Under the pieces are notes generated by a model. It did no database searches. It saw only the letters and a program-made list of their open reading frames with translations, and was not told the DNA's origin. A DNA stretch of 63,788 nucleotides, the filler included, from Octopus bimaculoides (taxonomy: Eukaryota): the NCBI RefSeq assembly GCF_001194135.2. It is 8 parts of 7 records of this genome, joined end to end, with 100 filler letters (N's around TTAATTAATTAA, not from the genome) between each part and the next. Parts side by side here need not be neighbours in the genome. Positions count along the whole stretch, not along the records: positions 1 to 28,366 come from NC_068992.1; 7 more parts are not named here. One strand, given 5' to 3'. The position numbers and the translations under genes were made by a program. This document shows positions 1 through 13,402 of the stretch, in pieces (position 1 is the first letter of the stretch; the number at the start of each line of letters is the position of its first letter).

Positions 1-329
1 GGGCGTTGTGAGTGTTTATTGAGCGAAAACACCTAAAGCTCCACGAGGCTCCGGCACGGGATGGTGGCGAACCCTGCTGTACTCTTTCACCACAACTTTC
101 TCTCACTCTTACTTCCTGTTTCTGTTGTGCCTGTAATTCAAAGGGTCAGCCTTGTCACACTGTGTCACGCTGAATATCCCCGAGAACTACGTTAAGGGTA
201 CACGTGTCTGTGGAGTGCTCAGCCACTTGCACGTTAATTTCACGAGCAGGCTGTTCCGTTGATCGGATCAACTGGAACCCTCGACGTCGTAAGCGACGGA
301 GTGCCAACAACAACAACCACAACAACAAC
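1..329 (+). mobile_element. tRNA-headed SINE family A, head cut by window edge, (ACA)n tail
   Basis: Near-identical to copies at 33011-33390 and 55330-55765; ends ...GGAGTGCCA-(ACA)n. Confidence 0.85.
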
Positions 330-679
330 ATGCAGCTATATATGTTTGTGTGTGCAAAATTTTGCAAAAGATTTATATATGTAATATTCATGTATTTTCA
401 CACACACACAAACACACACACACAAACAAACACATACACAAACGCACATACTGTGTTGATGCCGTTCCCTGTAAATGTACAAAAGTAATTCTTTCCTAAA
501 TGAGTTGTACTTTATGTTCGAGACTCCGCTGAAGCCATAAGGTATTATTGACGCACTCAGCTATGGTTATACTGTAAACGAACGAGGATTAAATGAGAAT
601 AATTTATTCCCATTTTATAGCTGCTCCTTACACATAGACACGCACACACATTCACACACTCGGACACACACCTAAATAA

Positions 680-713
680 TAGATACATGCATACATACAC
701 ACATACACACATA

Positions 714-744
<31 letters not shown>

Positions 745-1275
745 NNNNNNNNNNNNNNNNNNNNNNNNNNNNNNNNNNNNNNNNNNNNNNNNNNNNNNNN
801 NNNNNNNNNNNNNNNNNNNNNNNNNNNNNNNNNNNNNNNNNNNNNNNNNNNNNNNNNNNNNNNNNNNNNNNNNNNNNNNNNNNNNNNNNNNNNNNNNNNN
901 NNNNNNNNNNNNNNNNNNNNNNNNNNNNNNNNNNNNNNNNNNNNNNNNNNNNNNNNNNNNNNNNNNNNNNNNNNNNNNNNNNNNNNNNNNNNNNNNNNNN
1001 NNNNNNNNNNNNNNNNNNNNNNNNNNNNNNNNNNNNNNNNNNNNNNNNNNNNNNNNNNNNNNNNNNNNNNNNNNNNNNNNNNNNNNNNNNNNNNNNNNNN
1101 NNNNNNNNNNNNNNNNNNNNNNNNNNNNNNNNNNNNNNNNNNNNNNNNNNNNNNNNNNNNNNNNNNNNNNNNNNNNNNNNNNNNNNNNNNNNNNNNNNNN
1201 NNNNNNNNNNNNNNNNNNNNNNNNNNNNNNNNNNNNNNNNNNNNNNNNNNNNNNNNNNNATATATATATATATAA
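680..1275. repeat. (CA)/(TA)n microsatellite with assembly gap
   Basis: Direct reading; TA runs flank the N block 745-1259. Confidence 0.9.
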
Positions 1276-1893
1276 TATAGGTTATGAGAGTTAATGGTGT
1301 CAGTAAGACCGAAAGGTGTCAGATTATGCTGAGTAAGTTCTATGGATAGAACATAGTTAAGCTCCAATTGCTATAGATCCGTAATGCATCTTACAGCCGT
1401 GCCGGTCACCTGTATGGTGAGGAATCCTACATTGGGGAGTGGTAACGACTAGGGCAGGGTAGCCGACTGCTTATTGTGATCATTCGTCTGTTGGTTTCCT
1501 CTAGCTTTGCTCTCTTTTATAAACCCAGTAAACATTCATATATTTCCGATTTCGCAGAAATTTAAACAACAGATATAAGAGACAAATTGAAAAAGATTCC
1601 CAACAATTCAACTTCTCTGGCTGACTTTAAGAACACCTAATAGGGGGTTCCATGTGCTCCATTTTTCAGGAGCAGAAACTTTTGAATGGGTTTTATAACA
1701 ATAATGTTATTAAATATGTCATGATTAGAATTTTTTCTTAGGGTGTGTAAAGAGGAAAAGACCCCCTCCATTAAAATCTTAATCTCCAATTTTGATGAAA
1801 TTTGAATCATGGGTACTCCAGTTTATTAGAGGAAATACAAAAGTCTAATTCTTCAATCCCATAGACACGGGCAACGCCGGGTATCTCTGCTAG
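1270..1893 (+). mobile_element. Non-autonomous Helitron-like element (3' end clear, 5' end uncertain)
   Basis: Ends ACGGGCAACGCCGGGTATCTCTG-CTAG|T: short GC hairpin then CTAG at 1890-1893 followed by T, the standard Helitron 3' terminus; internal AATTTTGATGAAATTT motif. Confidence 0.55.
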
Positions 1894-1918
1894 TATATGT
1901 GTATGTGTGTATGTATTT

Positions 1919-1958
<40 letters not shown>

Positions 1959-1961
1959 ACA

Positions 1962-1995
<34 letters not shown>

Positions 1996-2246
1996 CATAC
2001 ATATGCATACACATTCACACACACACACACACACATATATTTCCAAGACATTCATGACAAGGAAGATTATACTTTTTTGATTATCTGTTATTTAGTTCTG
2101 TTTATATATATTTCATAATCCGTCTGGAACTATATTTAGCTGTAATTGGCCTTCTTGTATATCAAGTGCGGAAAACACACTCCTCAAATATTTAACCAAC
2201 TTACATTTAGTTGTATATACTTATATAGCCTCAGTCATTTTATGAA

Positions 2247-2282
<36 letters not shown>

Positions 2283-2342
2283 TATATACTGTACTCCAGC
2301 AAGGCCATAGCTTTAGGGCTGAAACGTATAAAAGAATAAATG

Positions 2343-2404
<62 letters not shown>

Positions 2405-3427
2405 CATGTAATCTATATGTAAGTATATCTATTTTCTATCTGCCTCATCTCTCTCCAATTGTATGTATATATACGTGTGTGTGTGTGTGTGTGTGTGTAT
2501 GTTTGTGTGCGTGTGTGTGTGTGTCTGTGTCTGTGTGCATGTGTGTGAGTGTGTGTGAGCACACAGGTGCGTATTTATGTGACTACTGCTTCGCAATTTT
2601 ACATAGGAGATTGTTTACCATTTCCATGTAGAGAATCTACCCCGGGGAATATCAGATAGAAAATTTACGATAATTCGTCTTTGTTTAGAATATCCTGTGT
2701 CTTTTGCTATAATGAGCTCCGAGTGTATATGAACGTTTACTTTTGAAATAACTTCCGTTTTGTAGACCGCTAAGCGAGGGCATTGTGTTGTTTACAGAAT
2801 TATACGCTTTTATCTCGTAATTATGTCCAGGATAAAAATACAATTTTTTTCTCATTTTAACATGAATTTCGTGATTGGTATCTACTTCCTTCCGTTTACG
2901 TTACACATTTTATATATATAAAATATATATATAATGTATGTAGGTATGTATGTATAAGTAAGCAAGTGGGCATATGTGTATGCGTGAGCGTTTGTGTCTG
3001 TCGGTATGTATATGTATGTATTTGTGTGCTAATGTGCGTTTCTGACATGATTCTGAAAAGGTCTGTGTAAAGCGTAACATGATTTCAAGAGGGAATTTTT
3101 TTTATAGAGTTACCTCTCTTGAACGTTACGATTTTGATACAGCATACGATAACAAGAGCGAGAAAGCATTTAGATTATTTTCCAACAGGAAGGTACAAAT
3201 TATGCCTCGAAACAACTGCTTTTCTATGAATATCGCTCGCATGATATTGTAAAAAATATTAATATAAGCGTTTCCCCAATAACGTTCACATAATATTTTA
3301 AAATAGTCTTATCCTCTACACTAAGAAACTAATGCCTCTGCGTATTTAGTCCTCTAATTCATACTTTCTTGCCAAATGCTGGAAAACAATATATACAAAC
3401 GTGCATACATACATCTCTATACATGTA

Positions 3428-3865
3428 TAGTAATCCCTCGCTATATCATGTTTCACTTATCGCGGTTTATTATTTATGCTTACGTCGATTCCTCTCTGGT
3501 ATTGTTTTGCATTTATAATAAAATAAATGCATACACATTATAAAAATAATATATATATANNNNNNNNNNNNNNNNNNNNNNNNNNNNNNNNNNNNNNNNN
3601 NNNNNNNNNNNNNNNNNNNNNNNNNNNNNNNNNNNNNNNNNNNNNNNNNNNNNNNNNNNNNNNNNNNNNNNNNNNNNNNNNNNNNNNNNNNATATTAGTT
3701 TTATAATTGAGTTTTTACCTGTAAATTTGGATTTTTATCCCTAAAATTATTATCATTATATATATATATATACATATACAGTACAGTACTGTTTCAATCT
3801 CGCGGGATTTCACCTATCGCGGGGTTTTTGGGAACGTAACACCCGCGATAATCGACGAATTACTG
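3428..3865. mobile_element. Tigger/pogo-type MITE with TA TSD, interrupted by a gap
   Basis: TA|tAGTAATCCCTCGC at left and CGCGATAATCGACGAATTACTG|TA at right form imperfect TIRs. Confidence 0.7.
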
Positions 3866-4930
3866 TATAGACATACACTTGAACACTTATATAAATAAAG
3901 AAGTATACATGCAGTTTTTGCTGAATATGGATTATTTTTACTAAATTATTTAATTGTGACGTTCTTTCTCTTTCGTACTTTCTTCCAAATTTGTTCGATT
4001 CCTATCTGAAGCAGTATTAACGTCCGAAACTTTAAACCTTCAATATTAACTTCAAGTAATCTTTTGAAGCGTGAAGTTAATTCTGCCTTCGTCAAATTTT
4101 GTTCGACCAGTACTGTTCTTCCTGCTTTCAATTCTTTGTGACTTTACATGAAATACCATGCCATGATATGACCCCCTCAATTGCTTGTTGTATCGTAGGG
4201 AAACCTTCATCACATACGTGGCGTATTGAGAACTTTGGGAGCAATCTCTTTGCAGATCTGACCAAAGATTTCTTCCAGGAGTAGCGAAAGAGACGACGGA
4301 GAGAAATGTAAGACAGACAGAGTAACAAGTGAGACAGAAAGAAAGAGAGAGGGAGAGAGAGAGATTAAGTGAGAGAAAGAGAGTGAGAAATTTAGTAAGA
4401 GAGAGAAAGAGATTTAGTTACAGAGAAAGGGTGAGAGAGATTTACTGAGAGAGATAGATAGAGGAAAATTTGCCCTACACAATACTAGTAACTTCTCTAA
4501 AGGTCCTTAAAAATGAAAGACAAGTTTAACATTTGAGGGAATTGAACGCCGGACAAAAAGAGCCAGCATAATTACCGTAAAGTAATCTATGTGACATTTT
4601 AATGACTATGCCAAAAAATCGCATTTTAGTTACTATACATGTGTATGTGTGTATGTGCGCGTGCGCGGCGCCTTTATGCAGTCAGTATATTTAATTTTTA
4701 TTTCTGTGTACATGAATGTGTACGTATATATTCATAAATATAGAGTTAATATTTAATCATGAATTATGTAAATCTGCAATCGTTCATGTAACACCAAAAT
4801 ATCAGCCTCTGCGAAGCAACTCTAAAATAGTCTCTCTTGTATTGCATATGGTCACACAACTAATTTACTTGTGTCTGTTCCTATCAAAGGATGTAATTTG
4901 TAAATGTTTTACGGTACAATTCTGCTTTAA

Positions 4931-5412
4931 ACACGCCATGTAATCTCAAATGATTGTTTTTTTAATTTTTAGAAATTTTCAGAACATTTTTGTGAATTTG
5001 TGTTCCACACACGGGAAATCATGATTTTGCAAAAACCAAAACAAAACAAAAAAGATTTTTTGGTGTATCATTTAAGGGCTATTTAGCTGTTATTTTTAGT
5101 ACAGCTCACGACCACTTGATACCCTCCACATTTCTTTGTCACTTTGATGTATTGATATATTTCAACATCTTTCTCTTCATAAATACATTTAATAGTCTAT
5201 TGCTGGGATTTAATTAAAAATTTAGACTGTCTGTATTTTAAACTCTGATTTTTAAAAAAAGCAAAAGAATCAAAAGAAAAAAATTAACTTCAAAAACTTA
5301 ATTACGTTTATTTTTATTAGCCGTGTAATTTCCCGTGTGTAGAACACAAATACACAAAAATCCTCTGAGAATTCCAAAAAATGAACAATTCTAGAGGGGT
5401 TATATGACGTGC
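4931..5412. mobile_element. MITE with long imperfect TIRs and TTAA TSD
   Basis: TTAA|ACACGCCATGTAATCTC ... GAGGGGTTATATGACGTGC|TTAA; inner IR TTTTTGTGAATTTGTGTTCCACACACGGGAAAT / ATTTCCCGTGTGTAGAACACAAATACACAAAAA; partial second copy near 10460-10720. Confidence 0.75.
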
Positions 5413-6654
5413 TTAAAGCAGAATTCCGCCTATTTTACTACTACAATCTGTTTCACATCACTATATCTCACATGAACACCTCATGGATGAAAAGCAATGA
5501 CGACCCCTGCGGTATTTGAACTCAGAATGGTGAAATCGAAAGAAATATTAGGAACGTTAATGTGTCTGGCAGTTCGCTACCCGAACAGAAATGATCCTAT
5601 TGTATTATAATATAACGAGAATAGACTTCGTTTAAAACAAAATCTATATCGTGTTCAATTTAGATTTAACTGTAAAGATTTCTTTGGTTTTTACGTAAAC
5701 GTGTATTCAAATTTTCTGATATGTTATTGATTTTGAAAATTTAGATCCTAGAATTATATCAGATCGACACCTGTTTTGTGTTAATATGACGTACAATATT
5801 ACAATAATCCGGTTGTCTGAACCGTATCATAGTTAATATTCTGTTTCATGGGTTGAGTATTTAAACCACTGTGGATCTGTGCCCCAAACATAACTATGTG
5901 GAATGGAATTATTACATCCATATTTATAAGAATTATCACTTTATCTGACAAGACTGTATTTATGCTATCGTAATTATATAAGATGTATAGCTAATCTCAG
6001 ATTATAATGTTCAATTATATGTTGTGGTCTGATGTCAAGTTTAACACTGTCCCTTGTTCTAAATGATGTCTCCGTGCAACCATCTGTTACTACACCACTT
6101 TCATCTTACATTAACATCTTTCAAGCCCTAGCACGTGCCATCTGCCATCTGTATCTTACCATACCGATCTCGAACAGATTACGGTCAACATTAATAAAGT
6201 CGACGCTGATTATGGATTATTGGATATGGTTTTGAATAAGGTGGTTCAAACCATATACATACTGTGAGATAAAGAAAAGGAGACCCATTCACACGTCTGG
6301 AGCGGAAGAGCTTTTACACATATTGGGTTGGTGCATAATTATTGCGGCTTTTTTTCAACAAATTTCATTCAATAAAAACAATAACAATATTTAGCAAAAA
6401 CATCTTTAAATGACTGTCGGCCAAGCAAATGGGAAGCAGTAATTGAAGCAAATGGTGAATATGCTCTGGAAGAATCATTTACATATATTTTTGTTACATG
6501 CTGTTGTTTTTGTTGAATAAAAAATGCCGCAATAATTATGCACCAACCCAAGACAATCGCAAATTCATAGGCACGTACAAACACGCACACATACATACAA
6601 ACACACGCACACACAAGCACACTTTCACAAATACACCCACATACATACACAGAT

Positions 6655-7010
6655 TTCCTTGATTGCATTGAAAGTAAGGCGACACGAATGATTGATATAG
6701 AACCCACCACCGCCACTACTACATTTCATTCGCTGTCACAGACCTGAAGTCAAATTGTTGTGCCATTCCTGCCCCAGCATCGAATGTTCTTTACTCCTTG
6801 AAACTGGTCGATCGATCGGTAGAACGTCTGAGATCTTCCGACTCGAATGATCACTCTCCGTTTGTCTCGCCACTTATAGTTTGACTGAACTTCCCACAAT
6901 AACCAGTACAAACTCTTCCTCAGATCCTTTGATATGTGAAATTTCCTCCCTGAGCGTAATTACCTGTAACAATCACCATGAAATTTCTCTGGAAAAAATG
7001 TAATTCCTCG
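6655..7010 (+). mobile_element. Degraded CR1/L2/Jockey-group LINE 3' fragment
   Basis: Translates LDCIESKATRMID..., later LRSSDSNDHSPFV and ...NFLPERNY, resembling the post-RT C-terminus; related to 58730-58900. Confidence 0.45.
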
Positions 7011-7917
7011 ATCTTTCTGGTCTTGGAACACCTACACTATCCATTGACCCAGTATCCTCCAGTCCATACCAATAATTTAAACAAATTGTTAGTAAATGCG
7101 TTAAAATAGTCTAAAACATGCTCATGACTTTTTCCTTTAGATAAAATATTTGTAAATGAATCGACAGTATATTAAGGTCTATTCTTTTGTATGAATAAGC
7201 GAATTCCATAAAATATAACACGATAATGTATTCATTGTATAAAAATATAAGCAGAATATTAATAACACCTTAAACATACATCAACAGCCAAGAAAACATT
7301 TCACAAAATACAATATAAAACGACCCACTTTTGACCCCTCCAAAAGCATTTTGAAATATTTAGTATCAAAGGTGAATCGAATCAATAAAATCTTAAATTT
7401 ATTTTGTACATTGGTAATGAATACTATGATTGGATTTCTTTACATTTCAAATGATCCTAATATTTTTCTAATTAATTTTTCTAAATGCTTTCTTCTTTCT
7501 CTCTCCAACAAATATAATTCTTTCCATTAGGTTAAATTCCACATTCGTTTACGTATGCAATAATAATTCTACTGTCGACTAAAAGGAGAGAGAGAGAGAG
7601 AGGAAAAAAAGAGACATAGAGAAGGAGAAAGAGAAAGAGAGGGAGAGAAAGTAGTAATAGTTCAATGATTGTATTTCTAAATCAATAACCCTATCCAATC
7701 AGATCTGACATGATTTATCAACCAAAGAAACGCCAGCTTTCTTTTCCTTCCTCCCCTCCTCCTCCCCTCTTCATCCCCNNNNNNNNNNNNNNNNNNNNNN
7801 NNNNNNNNNNNNNNNNNNNNNNNNNNNNNNNNNNNNNNNNNNNNNNNNNNNNNNNNNNNNNNNNNNNNNNNNNNNNNNNNNNCCCTCCCCTATTCCTCCT
7901 CCCCCTTCCCCCTCTTC

Positions 7918-7943
7918 CTCCTCCTCCTACTGCTGCTGCTGCA

Positions 7944-8015
<72 letters not shown>

Positions 8016-8090
8016 GCTACTGCTGCTGCTTCTACTGCCACTTCTTTTTCTTCTGCTACTTCTACTGCTGTTGCTGAAGTTTTTTTTTTT
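7918..8090. repeat. (CTA)n/(CTG)n/(CTC)n compound trinucleotide microsatellite
   Basis: Direct reading. Confidence 0.9.
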
Positions 8091-8214
8091 TCCCGTCAGT
8101 AAACGTCTCTTGGCATCGCTTTGAATTATATTTTATATTCAATCAGCACAACAATAGGAAAACGTATTCCGTTATCTATTATTTCCAGCCGGAACCAGTC
8201 AAAAACAGAAAAAA

Positions 8215-8752
8215 AATAATAAACATAGGTGGCGATTGGACAGAATTATTAAAAGATGAGTAAAAGTCTTCGCGGTATCTCTTGAAATCCTTCCGACGTC
8301 ATCTGGGCTCATTATCTTTTCGAGGTCGATAAAATAAAGTACCAATAAGTAGTGGGGTCGATGTGATAAACTTGCCACCTTCGCTAAAATTCAAGGATTT
8401 GTGCCCAAATTAAAAAGAATTATTTTACTATTGTTGCTGGGTTTCCGATGGCGAAATGGTTGAATAGTTACATCGTCGGAAAAAATGCTTAGGGGAATTA
8501 TTCTGGCACTACGTTCTTAGTTCATATTCCATCGAAGTCTATTTTGCTTTTCATTCCTTTCGGGATCGATAAAGCAAAATATCAATTAAGTATTCAGCCA
8601 AAGCTATTAAAGCCGTTCTTGGGCTATTAAAGCCGTTCTTGGGCAATTAAAGCCCGAAAGGATGAAAGGCAAAGTCGACCTTGGCGAAATTTGAACTCAG
8701 AACCGCTAAGCATTTCGCCCGACGTGCTAACGATTCTCCCAGCTCGCCACCC
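8215..8752. mobile_element. Cluster of SINE family D fragments (plus, plus, minus)
   Basis: Matches to the GGCGGCGAGCTGGCAGAA...GAGTTCAAATTC...GGTCGACTTTGCCTTTCATCC consensus of the 44006 copy; minus copy at about 8655-8752. Confidence 0.7.
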
Positions 8753-9957
8753 TCTGTTCCTATAACAACAACAACAACAACTACGACAATAATAATAATA
8801 TATATTACTGTTGCCCTTCAGTCAAAAATTTTAAGCAATAAGTATTACTGCTCTTAAATTGTAATTGACGCTGGTGTTTTAGCCATCGCCGTAATAGTTG
8901 ATAGCTGATGGTTGACCCATTCCAGAATAAAATATCTTGCAATGAAAAACTCCTGCCATTTATGTTCTCAGTTCAAATCGGAATGGATGTCATTTCCCGC
9001 TCCAACATTCTAAATTTAACAGAATAATATGTAATTATGTACAGACTTCATTAAATTTGAAACACGAAATAGAATTTCTAATTTGAAAAGAAAAAAAAAT
9101 ATTATTTCGGGTTTAGTGCATAAATTTAGAGATCGTCGACGCATTATTTAATGAAGTTAATTTCAATTATCTCTTCAATATTATTCCATTGTTACGCTTG
9201 TTAAAATTGTTTCTTTCGAACATTTTATGATGTTGAAAATTTTGATTATGTCTTCTATTATGTTGTGTAGTTAAGGTTGGCTGTTAAGAGCATGAAGCTC
9301 GAACATACATTGTGGCAATGATAATAGTACTATAGTATTGTATGCGGCAGTGTGACGGAATGTGGATCGCTGAATTAATTAAGCCAAGAGTGTATCCTTA
9401 CGTCGCCTTATATCTTTCTTTCAAATATTCTCAGGCTGGAATTTGCATATCATTATTCCAATATCGATGTTATAAATATCAGTAAAACAGAGAAAATTGA
9501 CTTAAAAGACTCTCTTTCTCTCTCTCTCTCTCACTCACTCACATTTAATCTTTCTCTCTCTCACTCTCTCTTCTTTTGAGATTTAAACTGATGTCTATGT
9601 AAGAAATCAATCTTTGATTATAAATCTTTAAAACTACAGATATTTCTCTGTAGACAAACAAACAAAAAAAAAAACAATTCAATTATATATATATTTCACC
9701 GCATATATACGCGATATATGATTTATCTGGCAAATTTGAATCCATAATTCTTCTGATTACACTTGTATAATCTTTGGTGAATCTAAACTAGCTAATATCA
9801 TCTTCATTTCTACACTTGATATAGAAATTATAGAAATCATATTGTATGTTTTCCTGCACGTATACCAAGTATGTTTTGTCTAGTAAATTTGGATCCCAAT
9901 TCTTACCGTTTTATCACATAAGGTTTTATCACTTAAGCCGGTCATAGCACTTGCTTG

Positions 9958-10032
<75 letters not shown>

Positions 10033-10279
10033 ACACATACACATAAATATATATGTATACATACATGGATACTTCATATTGTAATTGCAAGTGTCTCCAT
10101 GTATACGTACATATCATAGTATAGCTAATGAATATAGATCTCAATTTTCAACTTTTCTTACGGTGTTTAATTTAAGCGAGCCAATATTAACTGTAAACAT
10201 ACAAACTATATTTTATATATTCCATGCATATATACACGCTCATAAATTTCTATTCTAAATCTTCCCTTTCGCATATGTA

Positions 10280-10440
10280 TGAAGTAAAACGGTGAGCTGA
10301 CAGAATTGTAAACACTCTGGACTAAATGTTTAGCGACGTTTCCTCCGTCTTTATGTATTAAGTTAAAATTCCGCCAAGATCGAGTTCGCTTCTCATTATT
10401 TCAGGGTCCATAAATTAAGTACCAATTTAGCACTGAGGTT
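10280..10440 (+). mobile_element. SINE family D fragment
   Basis: GGTGAGCTGACAGAATTG ... AGTTAAAATTCCGCCAAGATCGAG ... AAATTAAGTACCA. Confidence 0.6.
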
Positions 10441-10459
10441 GTCATAACTCTTTTCTATT

Positions 10460-10720
10460 ATTTGGAACTTTCAGAAAATTTTAGTGTATTTTTGTTCTAC
10501 ACACGGGAAATCGTACGATTATGGAAAAAAACAAAAATTAATTTTTCGAAGTTCAATTTTTCGAATTTTCTTAAATATCAAAGTTTAAAACACAGGCAGT
10601 CCAAATTTTTGGCTTAAACCCCAGAAATAGACTGTTAAATGTGTTTATGGGGAGAAAGATGTTGAAAAATATCGTTACGAAGAGGGTATCAGGTGGTCGT
10701 GAGATGTGCTAAAGGCCTCG
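10460..10720 (-). mobile_element. Partial inverted copy of the TTAA MITE at 4931-5412
   Basis: Shares TTTTGTTCTACACACGGGAAATC and the reverse complement of CTCACGACCACTTGATACCCTC. Confidence 0.65.
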
Positions 10721-10739
10721 TGCCTAAAGTGGAGAGAAT

Positions 10740-11150
10740 TCTGTATGTATGGGGTATTATATCCGAACCAGTCGATATCAAATATGAGCAATTTGATTTA
10801 CATTTTTTAAAGTTATCTTTGCCAACTTTCCGTTGAATTCATTAGGGAATTTTCTGAAATATTCAAGCATTAACAATATGTTATGTAATTTAATATCCGA
10901 GCAATTGCAATTTAACGCTAGTGATGCTCATAATTCTCAAAGTGTACTCTGATCTCCATTAGGGAATCTCTAAGAAATATCAATATCGCTATTTCATGCC
11001 TTGGCGCTTCTCTAACAACTATATCTGACCCGTGGTTACCTATAATCATTATAGCTTCAGGCATTATTTTAATCGTAATAAATGCTGATATCTTTAGTTG
11101 GTTATATTATGGGGCTAAGTTCCCATATCATTGCTTTTTCAGCATTTCTT
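10740..11150 (+). pseudogene. Highly decayed Penelope-like (linker/GIY-YIG) remnant
   Basis: Fragmentary matches by eye: HFLKL, AHNSQ, SPLGNL (cf. CPLxGxCL), SLVGYIMGL (cf. LSKYIWxL); many stops. Confidence 0.3.
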
Positions 11151-12214
11151 TAAAATTCCCGTTGGAATACTGCTTAACCATGAAGTGGATTTCAAGTTAA
11201 TGTTCAATATTTACTGCCCAAGTATGGTTAACCCCACTCTCTCTCTCTTAATTCATTTTTCTACAAAAGGGAACACGTAGGAAACTTGTGGAATAGTGGT
11301 TGCAGGATTTAGGGAATAATGAAATCCGTTCAATTCGTGGATCCAATGCACGTAATATCATTGAATGATGCAATACATTTCATGCTGCTCCAATACTAGC
11401 TGTAACAAGTACCTCCTAGCTATCGCATCCAGGATATTCCGCTGTGAAGGAATAGAGAGGATGTCTCTGTGTGCCCTCGACTACATTGATGCCTAAAAGC
11501 ATGGTGTGCCCTCGACTACGTTGATGCCTAAAAGCATGGTACATGTGGCAATTTCATACATGTTGCTAGTGATGGCTGACTTGTACAGAAATAAAAGTAT
11601 AAAGCTTTCTTTACATTGACGTTCTTACAGAGTATTCCTCGGATCTTCTTTCTGCTTTACATATTATGAATACTTTAGTTTTTATAACTTATGAACCTCG
11701 GTATATATGCAAAGAATTCTTTCTTCAGGCTATTTGGTTAAGATGTTCCCTTCGAAAGCACGCAGTTTCGGATTCAGTCCAATGAAACGGCACCGGAGGA
11801 TAGTGTCTTCAAGTATACCACAGCACCATCGAAGAACTTGTGAAATAATTTGGTACACTGGCAGTAGAAAACTGTGCGGAAGATTATTGTATATATGCAT
11901 GTGCTCATCAAATTCTGCGTAAAACTAGAGAGGCGGCATTTTTTGCTATCATAATGCTCATCGTCAAAATACATTTTTCAAAATACGGAATGCAAAGAGA
12001 TTTCTTCCTCAAACTCACATTTCTTTACACTGAAAGCTGTTTGTTTACTGTTCAGTTATTCGCAGTCAATATAATAGCTATCTTGCCAAATTTTTCTTTT
12101 AGCCGATCTTCTAAGATAGCAGAACGTAAACAAACCATCACGGAATGACGAACGGTTTTCTGTAAACAAACACTAAGATGAACACAACACAAATACACAA
12201 TCACACAGTTACAC

Positions 12215-12249
<35 letters not shown>

Positions 12250-13239
12250 NNNNNNNNNNNNNNNNNNNNNNNNNNNNNNNNNNNNNNNNNNNNNNNNNNN
12301 NNNNNNNNNNATATATATATATATATATATATAGCGACGTGCATTATGGTAGCAAAAATGCTGCCTCTCCAATTTTACGCAGAATTAGTAATAAGAAGAG
12401 GTGGTCCTATGCTGTTATAAAGGCTTCGTGATACTTTGGTAGCCCGTGTTTTAACAAAATGGCAATTTATTTTAGTTAAGGCGACTAACTGGTGTTACTG
12501 TTTTCATTGCGGTTGCTTGCATTCTTCGTTGAAATCACACTATGTTCCAATTTAGTTTGAATCCTTTGTGACCAATTAACAAAGTGCCAGTTTGGTAATG
12601 TGTCAGTTTCCCATTTTCTGTTTCTCTGGTATTCTTGTTTGCTTTTGTATAGAACGAATTGGTTCTGCTATATTTGAAATGCACGAATCAAGCCAGTACA
12701 CTTACAAAATCATCGGGACTAGAGGTCCTATGTAGAAACGGATTCGTCAAATAGGACAAATTTTATTATATGTTAACTATACGTTAACTATACAAATTTT
12801 ATTATATGTTAACTATATAGACACATTTTTATAACTTTGTAGTTTATGTACTACATACACAAATGAGCACAAACACATACAAACACACATTGACATGCAC
12901 CCACACATGAATACGTATGGAGACGCACACGCACACATATATTTGGTGCAAGAACCGGAGAAATCTAACCCGATACTTGTTTTAATTATTTTTAATTGAC
13001 AGAAATTTCATTGGTACAAAAGGTCGAAGGTTCATGCAATGTGATCATCAAATATAATGTGCTTATAAAATACTGTATATGAGTGGGTGTGAGTCAGTGT
13101 GTTGTGTGATATACGCTTAATAAGTATTGCATTTTCAAGCCTGCAGAATGTTTACCGCACAGCGTCAAATGAACTGCGGACCATGATGCAATCCAGCGAA
13201 GCTGCACACAGAAGATCGCCTCATTGCAACTGCTGAACT

Positions 13240-13375
13240 ACAAAGTCCACCGAGGTCGACTTTGCCTTTAATACTTTCGGGATCGAAACATTAAGTACTA
13301 GTTGAGTACTACGGTTGATGTAATCGACGTAATCCTTCCCCCCAAATTTCAGGCCTTGTGCTTACGAAGAAAGAA
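13240..13375 (+). mobile_element. SINE family D 3' part
   Basis: CCGAGGTCGACTTTGCCTTT ... AAATTTCAGGCCTTGTGC. Confidence 0.75.
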
Positions 13376-13402
13376 TATACCATAACTTCTATATATATAT
13401 AT

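Noticed and set aside
672-1367. Long ORFs in the track (also at 19.5-20.2, 23.6-24.3, 40.0-40.6 and 59.4-60.6 kb)
   Set aside because: Length comes from N runs and dinucleotide repeats.
3946-4328. Short minus-strand ORFs with a vaguely RT-like segment
   Set aside because: Could not be assigned to any family by motif.
11560-12720. Possible very decayed minus-strand Penelope RT/GIY-YIG relic (FRDGL, RLSS, LNWNIV)
   Set aside because: Matches are too short and scattered to support a call.
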